A stretch of DNA of 62,646 nucleotides, counting the filler, from Chiloscyllium plagiosum (taxonomy: Eukaryota), in NCBI RefSeq assembly GCF_004010195.1. It is 5 parts of one record of this genome, joined end to end, with 100 filler letters (N's around TTAATTAATTAA, not from the genome) between each part and the next. Parts side by side here need not be neighbours in the genome. Positions count along the whole stretch, not along the records: positions 32,420 to 57,659 come from NC_057710.1; 4 more parts are not named here. One strand, 5' to 3'. Under the pieces are notes generated by a model, which was not told the DNA's origin, did not search any database, and saw only the letters and a list, made by a program, of their open reading frames with translations. Each line of letters starts with the position of its first letter. The first letter of the stretch is position 1. The position numbers were made by a program, and so were the translations under genes. Positions 38,588-51,615 of the stretch are shown in pieces.

Positions 38588-40275
38588 CCTCAAAGGTCAG
38601 CAAGGTGGTCTTTGTATGGAGCCGTAGAATATGGGGGAGATACTAAATGAGTATTTTGCATCAGTAATTACTGTGGAAAAGGATATGGAAGATATAGAAT
38701 GTAGGGAAATAGATGATGACATCTTGCAAAATGTCCATATTACAGAGGAGGATGTGCTGGATGTCTTGAAACACATAAAAGTGGATAAATTCCCAGGACC
38801 TGATCAGGTGTACCCAAGAACTCTGTGGGAAGTTAGAGAAGTGATTGCTGGGCCTCTTGCTGAGATATTTGTATCATCGATAGTCACAGGTGAGGTGCCA
38901 GAAGATTGGAGGTTGGCTAATGTGGTGCCACTGTTTAAGAAAGGTGGTAAGAACAAGCCAGGGAACTATAGATCAGTGAGCCTGATGTCAGTGGTGGGCA
39001 AGTTGTTGGAGGGAATTCTGAGGGACAGGATGTACATGTACTTGGAAAGTCAATGACTGATTAGGGATAGTCAACATGGCTTAGTGCGTGGGAAATTATA
39101 TCTCACAAACTTGATTGAGTTTTTTGAGGAAATAAGAAAGAGGATTGATGAGGGCAGAGCGGTAGATGTAATCTATATGGACTTGAATAAGGCGTACGAC
39201 AAGGTTCCTCATGGGAGACTGATTAGCAAGGTTAGATCTCACGGAATACAGGGAGAACTAGTCATTTGGATACAGAACTGGCTCAAAGGTAGAAGACGGA
39301 GGGTGGTGGTGGAGGGTTGTTTTTCAGACTGGAGGCCTGTGACCAGTGGAGTGCCACAAGGATCGTTGCTGGGTCCTCTACTTTTTGTCATTTACATAAA
39401 TGATTTGGATGCGAGCATAAGAGGTACAGTTAGTACCAAAATTGGAGGTGTAGTGGACAGCGAAGAGGGTTACCTCAGATTACAACTGTATCTGGACCAG
39501 ATGGGCCAATGGGCTGAGGAGTGGCAGGTAGAGTTTAATTCAGAAAAATGTGAGGTGCTGCATTTTGGGAAAGCAAATCTTAGCAGAACTTATACACTTA
39601 ATGGGAGTGTTGCTGAAAAAGAGACCTTGGAGTGCAGGTTCTTAGCTCCTTAAAAGTCGAGTCGTAGGTAGGTAGGATAGTGAAGAAGGCGTTTGGTATG
39701 CTTTCCTTTATTGGTCAGAGTATTGAATACAGGAGTTGGGAGGTCATGTTGTGGCTATACAGGACATTGGAATATTGCGTGCAATTCTGGCTTCCCTTCT
39801 GTTGGAGGGATGTTGTGAAACGTGAAAGGGTTCAGAAAAGATTTACAAGGATGGCGCCAGGGTTGGAGGATTTGAGCTATGGGGAGAGGCTGAAGAGGCT
39901 GGAGCTGTTTTCCTTGGGGCATCGGAGGCTGAGGGGTGACCTAATAGAGGTTTACAAAATTATGAGGGGCATAGATAGGGTAAATAGGCAAAGTCTTTTC
40001 CCTGGGGTGGGGTTGTCCAGAACTAGAGGGCATAGGTTTAGGGTAAGTGGGGCAACGTTTTCACACAGAGGGTGGTATGTGTATGGAATGAGCTGCCAGA
40101 GGAAGTGGTGGAGGCCGGTACAATTGCAACATTTAAGAGACATTTGGATGGGTATATAAGAAGGGGTTGGAGGGATATAGGCCGAGTACTGGCAGGTAGG
40201 ACTAGATTGGGTTGGGATATCTGATGGCATGGACGGGTTGGACCTAAAGGTCTTGTTTCTATGCTGTACATCTCT
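38588..40275 (+). mobile_element. 5'-truncated CR1 LINE (RT plus 3' end)
   Basis: PGPDQVYPR, GVPQGSLLGPLLFVIYINDL, LEYCVQFW motifs; (CTCTATGA)n-like tail. Confidence 0.92.
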
Positions 40276-40329
40276 ATGACTTTATGACTCTATGATAATA
40301 AGTTGAACTGACCTGGACATCTTTGAAGA

Positions 40330-41000
40330 TCATTTTTCCCTGAGGAGTTGGTATGACTTTTGTGTTCTCTATTTCATTTGGATCAGGATGTATTGGAGTA
40401 AATAGAATTGAAAAAGTTCATCTGTGACACATTGATGTGAAATTTCTAACTGTTGCATATCAGTCTTTCATTTCATGCCTTTTGCAACAATAATTGCAGA
40501 TTCTGGATATGTACTTGCCTTGTCCTTCCTATCACAGCTTTGTCACCAATTACACAAATACATCCTCGTACAATGGATGAAATACAGTTATTATGAGCTT
40601 GACTGAAATCCTGGCTAACGAATAACCTAAATGAGAGCCAATGAAAATAGTACTGTCTGACCAGATGCACTGACCAGTAACTATGCATGGCATCAAGTTT
40701 TAAGAAGAATTTTGAATTTAATTCTGAGAATGGGTGTTTTGTAAAGACATCATTTCAAAGCTGTGTTTAGGTGTCATGTATCAAGGCATACTCTCAATGA
40801 CTCATCTTTCTACATGACACCAGTCTGTGTGTTTTCGTATTCTTTGAATGATTCCATCTTGCGCAATCTTGTCAAGTTCGATCCTCAATTTGTCTTTGAA
40901 GTGAATATTGTACTTACAGAGTAAGATGTGTTTGCATTTTCTTCCGAATACAATCTTGCAGTTCCTTTGACACTGCTCATTTTGGTGAAACATTCTGGAT
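40330..41000 (-). mobile_element. Highly decayed Gypsy-type pol remnant
   Basis: KYNIHFKDKLRIELDKIAQDGIIQRIRKHTDWC resembles the start of Ty3/Gypsy RT (LKxELDxMxxxGIIxxVxxxTxW). Boundaries uncertain. Confidence 0.45.
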
Positions 41001-41937
41001 AGTTAAATGGTAAGCCATGAATTGAAGTTTCTGAGGCAAAGTTTCTGAGCTTGATATCTCACGGATTCCATTGAATCGGACCAGTGTTCGGTCACAACTT
41101 AGTGATAAAAACATGCTTTCCTCATTCCTCATCTAACCACAGTTGATAGTGGCTTGATAGTGTTTTTCATTCACTCAGGATATGGCTTTCCCTGCTGAAA
41201 CCAGCAGAGTGTCTTATTACACGCTACCATTATACTTGAATACAATTCTACTTTCTTGGATGCTGCTTCAGAGTGTTCAAGCATTCAAAAAAAAACAGCA
41301 AATAGCATCAAAGGGGGAACAAGGCAAAATTCATGGCTCTTTACCAAAATTATGTAGCATTTAGAATGTAATAAATGAATTAGTGGCACAAATAGAGGTT
41401 AATAGGTCTGATTTTATGGCCATTATGTCAATGTGGTCACAAGGAGATCAAACGAGGAATGAAGTATGTGACTTTCACAAGGACTGACTGGAAGAGGAGG
41501 GTTAAAAACAGAATTGCTAGAAAAGCTCAGAAGGTCTGGCAGCATTTATGGGGAGAAAACAGAACTGAGGAAAGCTCACTCGACGTTTACTCTGGTTTCT
41601 CTCCACAGTCTAACTATGTCTATGATGGAGAACATCAACAGCATCCTGGTAGATTTATTGTACTTGAACTCCAGCACCATTGATCCAGCACATGGAATTC
41701 ATGAACCATTGTACGCTATTCATGCTTTGTTTTGTCATTCATCAGTTTTGGCATGGTTTCTCATATTTGTGGCTTCATGTTATTTTACAATTCACAGGGG
41801 TAGCACATTGACATTTAGCCCTCTGATGCTCCTGAACAATAACAAATAGTCTGCTTATAGTTTCTGTTGAGGATCTCTTCTCAGTGAAGCGTGTTCATAT
41901 GTCCATTTCCTCTGGCTTGGGGATGAAGAAAAAACTA

Positions 41938-42175
41938 GGAGAAAGTGAGGTCTGCAGATGCTGGAGATCAGAGCTGAAAATGTGTTGCTGGAAAAGCGCA
42001 GCAGGTCAGGCAGCATCCAAGGAGCAGGAGAATCAACGTTTCGGGCATGAGCCCTTCTTCAGGAATGAGGAGAGTGTGCCAAGCAGGCTAAGATAAAAGG
42101 TAGGGAGGTGGGACTTGGGGGAGGGGCATTGGAAATGCGATAGGTGGAAGGAGGTTAAGGTGAGGGTGATAGGCA
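41938..42175 (-). mobile_element. Penelope-like pLTR fragment
   Basis: Same terminal sequence as 16557; minus-strand CTGAAGAAGGGCTCATGCCCGAAACGTT hammerhead motif at 42031-42066. Confidence 0.83.
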
Positions 42176-43923
42176 GCTTGTCTTGGTGTTGCTCCAGTTA
42201 TTCCTTGTCAAAGGTGCAGGGATTATGTTTCTAATCTGTGGTGAAGGGTGGGAACAGGGAAGTATGGTTGCATGATAAAGTGCAAGATTGCAGAAGCATC
42301 TTCTAATAAGTTGGTGATCACCTGTGTTGGAGCAAATCTTTCCAGAGATAAGATTGGGAGACAGCAGAGCTTGAGGCACATGGCAATTTTATTCATGTAT
42401 TCCACCGGTACAATACAAGATGAGGCCAAAGACTTCTCCCAAATCTAACCTTGATGTAAGAGTTCAACTACCCTCTTAATCTGCAGCACAGATTGGAAGA
42501 AAAGTCAATGGCACTCTAATTTCAACTTCAAGTAAAACATCTTTTATACATATTTTGTATACACGGCGGCACATACTCCCTCCCCATGTATACTATTTGT
42601 TAATTAATGCTGGGTTATTCAACTATGATTGGGTTCCCAGTATGTGATTCAATTATTAATCTTATTGCTATGATCTGAATGAGCTCATTTTAGTGTGTGG
42701 GAAACTGAACTTTCCATGGTTGCTTGTGACCTCCTATCTCTCAACTATGGTGTCTGCATCTGCTTTTTTAAGAAGACTGTAACAGAGTTTCTTTAAGATT
42801 TCTTACCATTCTAACTCTCATAGCTTTTGTCCTTAATAAGAGATAGAGAGGCCCTTCTCTGTTAGTTTTAAAACTTTTTTTGAGTATTTAAGTGATTTAT
42901 ATACATCTTTCTGAATCTATATCTATGATTATCATGAAGAATTTTAGTTGAACCCTATTTGTAATATTACAACTGGTTTTTTTTAGAAAAAAGACTTAAA
43001 AGAAATAACTGATTGGTATGAAATGTTCTTATTTGTTGGATAGTAAGAATGCTGCTCATTCAATCTTACTATAATAAACATCCGGCTATTGTTTTAAGTG
43101 CTGAGCCCTTCCCACAGTCTCTTGTTCCTATTAAACGTGTACTGCAAAGCTTGTTGGGGCTGTCATTGGTCATTTTGTTGTACTGTCATGGGGCATCTCT
43201 AACAACCTGTCAATCCGTGAATACTCTGACTGAGGAAGCATGCTGTAAGTAACAGCCACTTACCTGACCATGGCTGAAACTCTTCAGTTTCATTGATCAA
43301 CAGGTTCTCAGACTGTCAATTTCAATGCAGAATGTACCCCACAATATATGTGTTTTAGCGACTCGATTTTCCTCACACCTTGGGAAGTAAATCTAGTTCC
43401 TTTTAAATTTAGAATGTTTGGTTCAAATGATTAAAGTAGGACTTAACTGACTATTTGAACATTTAAATGCTTTACTTCGCAGTTCACCTCTGAATATACT
43501 TGTTGAAAACAGGAAGTGGGTATGGTGATCTCAGAATTCTGACCTAATGTCATTTTCAGAGGATTTAACATCCCACCATCACCTGAAACTACATCCCTTC
43601 CCCATAAAAATCGCAACTACTACCATGTCTCAGTAATTGTCACCAGATTAAACCCACCTATCTTTATTTGAGCCCAATAGAGCAAACATTTTTTCACCAG
43701 TATGGTGATCACTCCTGTGATCCATGAATTGTGCACCTTCCTCCTGTCCCACTCATTCAGTCACATACTCAAACCATTAATCTATGTTTCCCTATGCCAA
43801 GTTGTACTTGGTTCAGATGATTATTCAGAAATTAATATATATACTATAACTGCAGTGGTGTAGAATATTCTGAATACACTAAAATATATCCATTAGAGAA
43901 AAATTGTTAGTCAAGATTTGTAC

Positions 43924-44126
43924 CTGCTGACTGTGAGCCTGATTCTGCTGTCAGTTGGTGGAATGGATGCACTATTTTGACATCGGCTGGAGGTAAAAAG
44001 GATGGTTTTAGGCTGATGGTCACAATATCTTTTCCAGTGTACTTGTTCACTCGACGAATAGTGCCGGTTTTCCAATCTGCATAGTATATGTTCTCAGCAA
44101 AGATGGATATTCCAAATGGCTGGTGA
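43924..44126 (-). CDS. EGF: Pro-EGF exon (equivalent to human exon 5), end of first beta-propeller
   Basis: Acceptor tatctgaacag|T, donor G|gtacaa; 203 bp, phase 2 to 1. Translates HQPFGISIFAENIYYADWKTGTIRRVNKYTGKDIVTISLKPSFLPPADVKIVHPFHQLTAESGSQSA (NKxTGKD and VHP motifs). Confidence 0.93.
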
Positions 44127-44399
44127 CTGTTCAGATAGAAATAAAGACAGCTAATCAGCAACAAATATTGTGTTTTACTTTTCTTCTGAGATGTCACAAA
44201 GTGCCAATTTATTCTCATAAACTAGATCAAATGATTACATCTCCTCATTCACAAAATGCATTTTATTCCAAAAGATACAATTGTCTCCTTTAAAGATTAT
44301 TAATCAATGTGATTCCTATATTTTATAAAAGGAGTTTAAGAAATATTACATTTTAATATCATGGTTGGAAGAATAATGGGATTTTTAGTCAAATACATA

Positions 44400-45640
44400 A
44401 ATGACTATAGAGGGAGGTCAATCTTGATCTTATAGAATTCTTGGAAGGAGTAACAGAAGAAGTTGATAAAGGACAATGTAGTTGATGTAATTGGCTAGAT
44501 ATTTCCACAGGTCTTTGTGACTTTATGTTGTGACAAGACTAACCCAAATGCCAATGATGAAACCATAAGATCAAAGAGATAGATACCTAACTGACCACCT
44601 TCCCATTGGCTGCCTCCCCTCTTGCTCTCTATTAATGATGTGGGTGCAATCCCATATCTTTCGGGCCCAACGATTAGACATTAATCTATGGATCCTTAGC
44701 ACTCCTACTGGGAGAGGTAGGCACTACTGAGGAAGATCAGGGATGTTGATCCTCAATAGATCATAGTGATTTTATTGGCTGAAGGAATCTATATCTTTAC
44801 AACTGCAATTTGAAAATTTGTAGACAAAATTAAATTGGGGATGCAATGAATACAGAGGAGGACAGAGATAAAAACACGACAACATTCATAAACTTACAGA
44901 ATGATATTCAATTGACGTATAGCATTGATGTACAGAGGGATCTTGAGGTTCAAGTCTATAGCTCCCTGAAAGTGACCACGCAAGTAAATAGGATGGTAAA
45001 GGAAGCACATTGAATGTTTGCCTTTATTGTTCGGGGAATTGAGTACAAGAATCAGCTTTATATGTTGCAGCTTGAAAAGACTTTGATTAGACCACACTCA
45101 ATGTATTGCATTCAATTCTGATTGTCACAATCCAGGAATTATGTGGAGGCTTTGGAGAGCGTGCAGAAGATGTGTACCAGGATGCTCTCTGGATTAGAGG
45201 GTATGAACTATAAGGAGAGACTGGAATAACTCAAATTATTTTCCCTGGACTGGTGGAGGCTGAAGGGAGTCTTGGTCAAAGTCTATGATATTATGAGATG
45301 CATAGATGGGGTTGAGTCAGAATCTTTTTTCCCAGAGTCAAAATCTCTAAAACTAAGAGGCATGCATTTAAAGTGAGAGCAGGAAAGATCAATGGAGATG
45401 TATGGGGCAGGTTTTTTTTTCCCAGAGAGTGGTAGGAGTGTGGAATAAGTTGCCAGGGCTGGTAGTGGATGCAAATATGATAGGAGTGTTGAAGACACTG
45501 TTGAATAAGCACATGCAAGGAATGGAGGGATATGGATCAAGGACAGGCAGAGCGATTAATTTAATTTGGCATCATGTTTGGTACAACATTGTGGACTGAA
45601 GGGCCTGTTCCTGTGCTGTACAATTCTATGTTCCATGTAA
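44400..45640 (+). mobile_element. Decayed CR1 LINE pieces
   Basis: FFSQRVVGVWNKLP and a GGGCCTGTTCCTGTGCTGTACAATTCTATGTT 3' end; RT remnants upstream. Confidence 0.75.
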
Positions 45641-47128
45641 TAATCAAATGAATTGCAATATAGACAATGGTTACAAAATACATATGATAGAAAGAAACAG
45701 AGATCTGTGCAAATAATTACCTAAGTGGGATAAGGGAACAAAAGGGATCTAGATATATAGATATATAAATCACTAAAAGGAGCATTACAGGTCAGTAAAG
45801 CCAAAAAAGCCAATGGAACACTAAGGTTCACTTTTAATGGAGTAGAAATGCAAAATTAAGAACGCAGCTCAAGAACCAGTGATACTGTTTTAAAGTGATT
45901 TGCAAACATAACAAGGATAACATGAAAAAAACCCTTCTCACACAATGAGTAGATTGGGTATGGAATGGACTGCCTGGGTGTGTGGTGGAGGCAAGTTCAG
46001 TTGATGTGTTTAAGAGGTTATTAGATCATTATTTGAAGAGAAGCAATATTAAAAGACAAAGGAATGGTACTAAGTCATGATGTTCATTGAAAAGCCAATG
46101 CAGATACTCAAGTGACATCCTTTCTTACTCCCTTAGGTAGCAACACATTTTTACATTTTGTACTTGTTGTAATGGTCCATATAAAATAATCAAAATATCA
46201 TGCTATATTTGCAGCAAAACAGAGCTGTTCTCTCTGGTGTCCTGGATTATTGTCATCCCTTAATCAATATTTGTAAAACAAATGAGCTGGTCATTGCCAT
46301 ATAACTGTTTACAGGGTTGTGCTATTTACAAATTGGCTACCGTGGTTTATAACTTATTCAAAGCAAGATACATCCAGCAATACAGCCAATCCTCAATGTT
46401 TCACTGGAGTGTACATTTTTGAAGGGGAATGTGAGCACACAGTATTTTCAACTGATACAAATTGCTACTTATATACTAATCATGTGATTGATGTCAATTT
46501 TAAGAATGTAATATTCTAGAGTAGAGATAAACTATCATAGCAATAACGTCTTGTTTCTGGGAATATGATACGCAAAATCTCTTTACTGATGAAATGTGAT
46601 GAGTTGAATTGGAATTTATGAGGGACGCTTATATGAAATGGCTGGTCAGTCATGAAAATAATTGGAGAGAAGGAAAATATAAACTTAATTAATAATGAAG
46701 AAGAATTGACAAGCCCAAATGATTAACACAATATAGGTGACAGATGTGATGTAAACTACACGCACAAGAGATTATTTTAAAGTGCCAGTGTATGGATTCA
46801 CAGCTAAAGTTTAAGAATTTGAACTGTACATGTAGTCATGTTGATCTATCTATATGTGTATACATTTGTAAAAGAAGTCATAACTACCCATAATTGTCAC
46901 AATTTCAGAATTTTTGGGTAATTTTAACTATATCATGAGTCTTTCCTTTACATCTGTTGTTAAAACAGCAGATGCAGACACTAGCACAGCAGTATTTCCT
47001 CAGAATTTGCCGCAAGTTCACAGGAAATAATTTCAATCTATGTAGTTTGACAATAATGATTTGTGTGATGCTATTAGGTAAGCAATGCACACTTTCTAAT
47101 CTAAATGAACCATTTTGAATAAGTGAGT

Positions 47129-47432
47129 GGATGGCACGGTGGCACAGTGGCTCGCACTGCTGCCTCACAGTGCCAGAGACCCGGGTTCAATTCCCGCCTC
47201 AGGCAATTGTCTGTGTGGAGTTTGTACATTTTCCCCGTGTCTGCGTGAGTTTCCTCCGGGTGCTCCGGTTTCCTCCCACAGTCCAAAAACATGCAGGCTA
47301 AGTGAATTGGCCATGCTAAATTGCCCGTAGTGTTAGGGGAATGGGTCTAGGTGGGTTGCTCTTCAGAGGGTCGGTGTGGACTTGTTGGGCCGAAGGGCCT
47401 GTTTCCACACTGTAAGTAATCTAATCTAATCT
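47129..47432 (+). mobile_element. HE1-like tRNA-derived SINE
   Basis: A box TGGCACAGTGG, B box GGTTCAATTCC, GTTTCCTCCGGGTGCTCCGGTTTCCTCCCACAGTCCAAA core, CR1-like end and (TAATC)n tail. Confidence 0.88.
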
Positions 47433-47588
47433 TAAAAAAAAAGTTAATGTAGTAATGAAAATGCAGGCAATATAATTTCACATCAAAAAGTATGATGAAA
47501 AAACTATTTAGTGAAATGCACATAACTAAAATTCATTTGACTATATGCAAGGATTTGTTGATTTCGAATTTTTCACATTGCCACTTAC

Positions 47589-47819
47589 TGCATTGATTGT
47601 TTTATGATGTAAGCTGAGTCACCATTGTAATCACATGAGCCAAAGCTGCTCGACATGTTCCCAACATCACTTTGAACCCAGAAGAGTCGCTTGTCAATAA
47701 GATCCAGAGATAAACTCTTCACTTTGTTCATGGTCTTGAAAATGGTGACAACTCCAGTAGCGTCTAGTGTTGCACGATGAACACTTGGTACAGAGCCTTC
47801 TGTAGCCCAAAACATATAC
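47589..47819 (-). CDS. EGF: Pro-EGF exon (equivalent to human exon 4), YWTD repeats
   Basis: Acceptor cttgttccaag|G, donor CA|gtaagt; 231 bp, phase 2 to 2. Translates YMFWATEGSVPSVHRATLDATGVVTIFKTMNKVKSLSLDLIDKRLFWVQSDVGNMSSSFGSCDYNGDSAYIIKQSM, with SLDxxDKRLFW and SCDYxG as in EGF. Confidence 0.94.
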
Positions 47820-48084
47820 CTTGGAACAAGATTACATAGTTTGGATCAATTATCACAATAATGTTGTTTTTTCTGGGTATTGAATGTATGCAAGGTTAGC
47901 TGCAAAAATAGTATGCAATATAATAGAGTAAAAACTTTGTGTTGGCAAAGAATCATGGACTACAGAACACAAAGTTACAGTGAATAATATATAATGAAGC
48001 TTGGCTATAAACTGAGACCATCCATGCAATAACTCAATAGAAGTTTTGGTTTTCACACCAGAATTGAATTGTGGATTCTGCACA

Positions 48085-49690
48085 ATTCAAGAAGAGGTGG
48101 TAGAAGCGGACACAATTAGAAGCATTCAAGAAGCACCTGGATGAATATATGAATAGGAAGGGAATAGAGGGATACAAATCCTGTAAGTGAAGGCAATTTT
48201 AGTATGGAAGAGCATAATGTGTTGATGCAGGCTTGGAGGACTGAATTTGGACAAGATAAAGAGGGATAAAATTTCTGAAGCTAATGTACTTTTGCTTTAA
48301 TAGCCTGTCTGACAGATAGGCAAGTAGCTAACATAATTCCATCATTCATAAAGGGACGGAGAAGAAAGCAGGAAGCTATACACCAGTTAACTTAACATCA
48401 TGTCACAGGAAGAACATTAGCAACTATTGTTAAAGATGTTACAATAGACAACTTAGACAAATTCAAGACAATCAGGCAGAATCAACATGGTTTTGTGAAA
48501 GGAAAATCATCTTTAATCAATTTATTAAAGATGTTTGAAGAAGTTACATGAACTGTGGATTAGAGGGAATGAATGGTATGCTGTACTGATATTTTCAGAA
48601 GGCATTTGATAAAGTGTCACATCAAGGATTATTGAGGAAAATAAAAGCCTATGTCATGAGATTAACATATTGACTTTGGTAACAGATTAGCTAGGTAACA
48701 GGAAATAGAGAGAAGGCATAAATTGGTAACGTCTGGTTGGCAAGATGTAATGAATGGTGTGCTACCAGTGCTGGAGCCTCAACCCTTTATAACTTATACA
48801 CATGACTTGGATATACAAATCAAAGGTATGGTTATTCAAATTGCTTATGACACAAAGATAGGCAGGAACGTAAGTTATGAAGAGGAGATAAGGATGCAAC
48901 AAAAGGATACTGATAGGTTAGGTGAGTGTGCAAATATATGGCAAATGGAGTATAATATGGGAAAATGTGAAATTTTTCACTTTGGTAGGAAGAACAAAAA
49001 AAAAGTGTTATCTAAATGATGAGAGATTGCGGAGCTCTGACACAAAGAGGGATCTGGTTGGTATGCAGCTACAGCATATGATTATAAAGCAAGTAGCATG
49101 TTATTATTTATCGTGAGGGGTATTGAATACAAAAGTAGGAAGGTGATGTTTCAGTTCTAATGAGTACTGGTGACACCACATCTGGAGCAATGTGTGCTGC
49201 ATTGCTCTCCCTTTGTAGGAATGGGAGGTAGTTCAGAAACTTTACTTGACTAATAAGAGGAATAGGTGTTATCTTATGAGGAGATGATAGACGGGCTGAG
49301 CCTGTACCTGTTGGAGTTTAGAAAGGTTAAAAATGATGTGATTGATACATACAAAACCCTGACAGTTCATGACAGGGTGGATGATTTGTCTGGTATATGA
49401 AATATAGAACTGGTGTCATTGTTTGAAAGGAGGAAGTCTTTCATTTAAGAAAGGAATAAGGAGAACGTCTTCACCTCAGGGGATTATAAGCCAATTGGAA
49501 CTCACTTCCTTAAAAACAGTGGAAACAGAATCTGTGAATGGTTTTAAGGAAGAGGCAGACAGATTCTTGATCAGCAAAGGAGTCAAAGGTTATTGGGAAA
49601 TGGGCAAGCATATGGAGTTGAAGTTAAAATCAGATCAGCCATGACATTATAGACTAGTGATGCAGGCTCAAAAGGCCAAGTCACCTATTG
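48085..49690 (+). mobile_element. Old decayed CR1 LINE pieces
   Basis: QHGFVKGKS-, FQKAFDKVSH-, IAYDTKIG- and WQMEYNMGKCE-like remnants. Confidence 0.75.
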
Positions 49691-49852
49691 CTTTTTCTAA
49701 ATTCATTCATTGATCCGGGTGTCACTGGCTGGCCAGGATTTATTGCCCAAACCCTGCTTGGACTTGAGAAAATGATGGTGAGTGCCTTCTTCAACTACTG
49801 CAATTTATTTGATTTAGGTATACCCACAATGCCATTGGGCAGGGATTTCAAA

Positions 49853-51030
49853 GTTCAAAGTTTGTGCGAAGATTTGTAGCTCGGGTGCTCGTTGTTGTGG
49901 TTCTGTTCGCCGAGCTGGAAGTTTTTGTTGCAAACGTTTCGTCCCCTGGCTAGGCGACATCATCAGTGCTTGGGAGCTTCCTGCAAAGCGCTTCTTTGAT
50001 GTTTCCTCCGGTGTTTATAGTGGTCTGTCCCTGCCGCTTCCGGTTGTCAGTTTCAGCTGTCCGCTGTAGTGGTTGGTATATTGGGTCCAGGTCGATGTGT
50101 TTGTTGATGGAGTTTGTGGATGAATGACATGTCTCTAGGAATTCCCTGGCTGTTCTCTGTCTGGCTTGCCCTATGATAGTAGTGTTGTCCCAGTCGAATT
50201 CATGTTGCTTGTTGTCTGCGTGTGTGGCTACTAAGGATAGCTGGTCGTGTCATTTCGTGACTAGTTGATGTTCATGTATGCGGATTGTTTAGCTGTCTTC
50301 CTGTTTGTCCTATATAGTGTTTTGTGCCGTCCTTGCATGGCATTTTGTACACTACATTAGTTTTGCTCATGTTGGGTATCGGGTCCTTCGTTCTGGTGAG
50401 TTGTTGTCTGAGTGTGGCTGTTGGTTTGTGTGCCGTTATGAGTCCTAGGGGTCGCAGTAGTCTGGCTGTCAGTTCCGAGATGCTCCTGATGTATGGTAGT
50501 GTGGCTAGTCCTTTTGGTTGTGGTAAGTCCTCGTTCTGTGGTCTTTCTCTTAGGCATCTGTTGATGAAGTTGCGCGGGTATCCGTTTTTGGCGAATACCT
50601 TGTATAGGTGTTCCTCTTCTTCTTTTTGCAGTTCTGGTGTACTGCAGTGTGTTGTGGCCCTTCTGAATAGTGTCCTGATGCAGCTTCATTTGTGTGTGTT
50701 GGGGTGGTTACTTTCATAGTTTAGGACTTGGTCTGTGTGTGTGGCTTTCCTGTATTCCCTTGTAGTGAATTCTCCGTTTGGTGTTCTCTGTACCATCACG
50801 TCTAGGAATGGGAGTTGGCTATCCTTTTCTTCTTCTCTCGTGAATCGGATTCCTGTGAGTGTGGCGTTGATGATCCGGTGTGTTTTTTCTATTTACGTGT
50901 TTTTAATGATTACAAACGTGTCATCGACATATCTGACCCAGAGTTTGGGTTGAATTTGTGGTAGGACTGTTTGTTCTAACCTTTGCATAACTGCCTCTGC
51001 TATGAGTCCCGAGATTGGTGATCCCATGGG
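49853..51030 (-). mobile_element. Penelope-like retroelement (RT C-terminal half, GIY-YIG endonuclease, pLTR), 5'-truncated, with stops
   Basis: Minus strand translates PMGSPISGLIAEAVM...WVRYVDDTFVI...LPFLDV...YRKATHTD...NGYP...NVVYKMPCKDGTKHYIGQTGRQL; hammerhead motif in the 3' pLTR. Confidence 0.93.
49930..49969 (-). ncRNA. Minimal type I hammerhead ribozyme motif in Penelope pLTR
   Basis: gca-CTGATGA-t-GTC(gcctagccaggg)GAC-GAAAC-GTT-tgc: intact core, stem II closed by GTC/GAC, stem I gca/tgc, palindromic stem III. Confidence 0.75.
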
Positions 51031-51304
51031 TGGTTCTCAGGGACTACGGTGAATTTATTTACTAGGAGGGGAATTGCATGATGGTGATGATGTCATTGAA
51101 TGTCAAAGGGTCATTTATTGGATTCTGTCTTCTTGCAGGTGATCTTTGTCTGGCACCTGTGTGGTGGCACTTGTCAGCCAAGTCCATGTCATACTGCATT
51201 CAAACATGTACCACTTCAGTATTGAGGAGTCGTGAATGTTCCTGAACATTGTGCAATCATTGGTGAACTTCTGCACTTCTGACTTTGGAATGGAAAGAAG
51301 GTTT

Positions 51305-51615
51305 CATAGAATCCCTACAATGTGGAAACATGCCATTTGGCTCATCGAATCCACACCGACCATCTGAAGAGCATCCCACCTCTACCCCTGCATTACCTAT
51401 GGCGAACTCACCCACCCTGTACTCTATGATCAATTTAGTATGGCCAATCGACCTAAGCTGCACATCTTTGGAATGTGGGAGGAAACCGGAGCACCTGGAG
51501 GAAACCCATACAGACATGGGGAGAATGTGCAAATTCCACACAGACAGTGACCCGAGGCTAGAATCAACCTGGGTCCCTGGAGCTGTGAGGTAGCAGTGGT
51601 AACCACTGTGCCACC
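51305..51615 (-). mobile_element. HE1-like SINE
   Basis: GGTGGCACAGTGGTTACC head and shared core. Confidence 0.82.

Noticed and set aside
43264..43378. Exon-like segment with a strong minus-strand donor CAG|gtaagt in intron 5
   Set aside because: 115 bp (frame-breaking) with an in-frame TGA in the required phase; cannot supply the missing cysteines.
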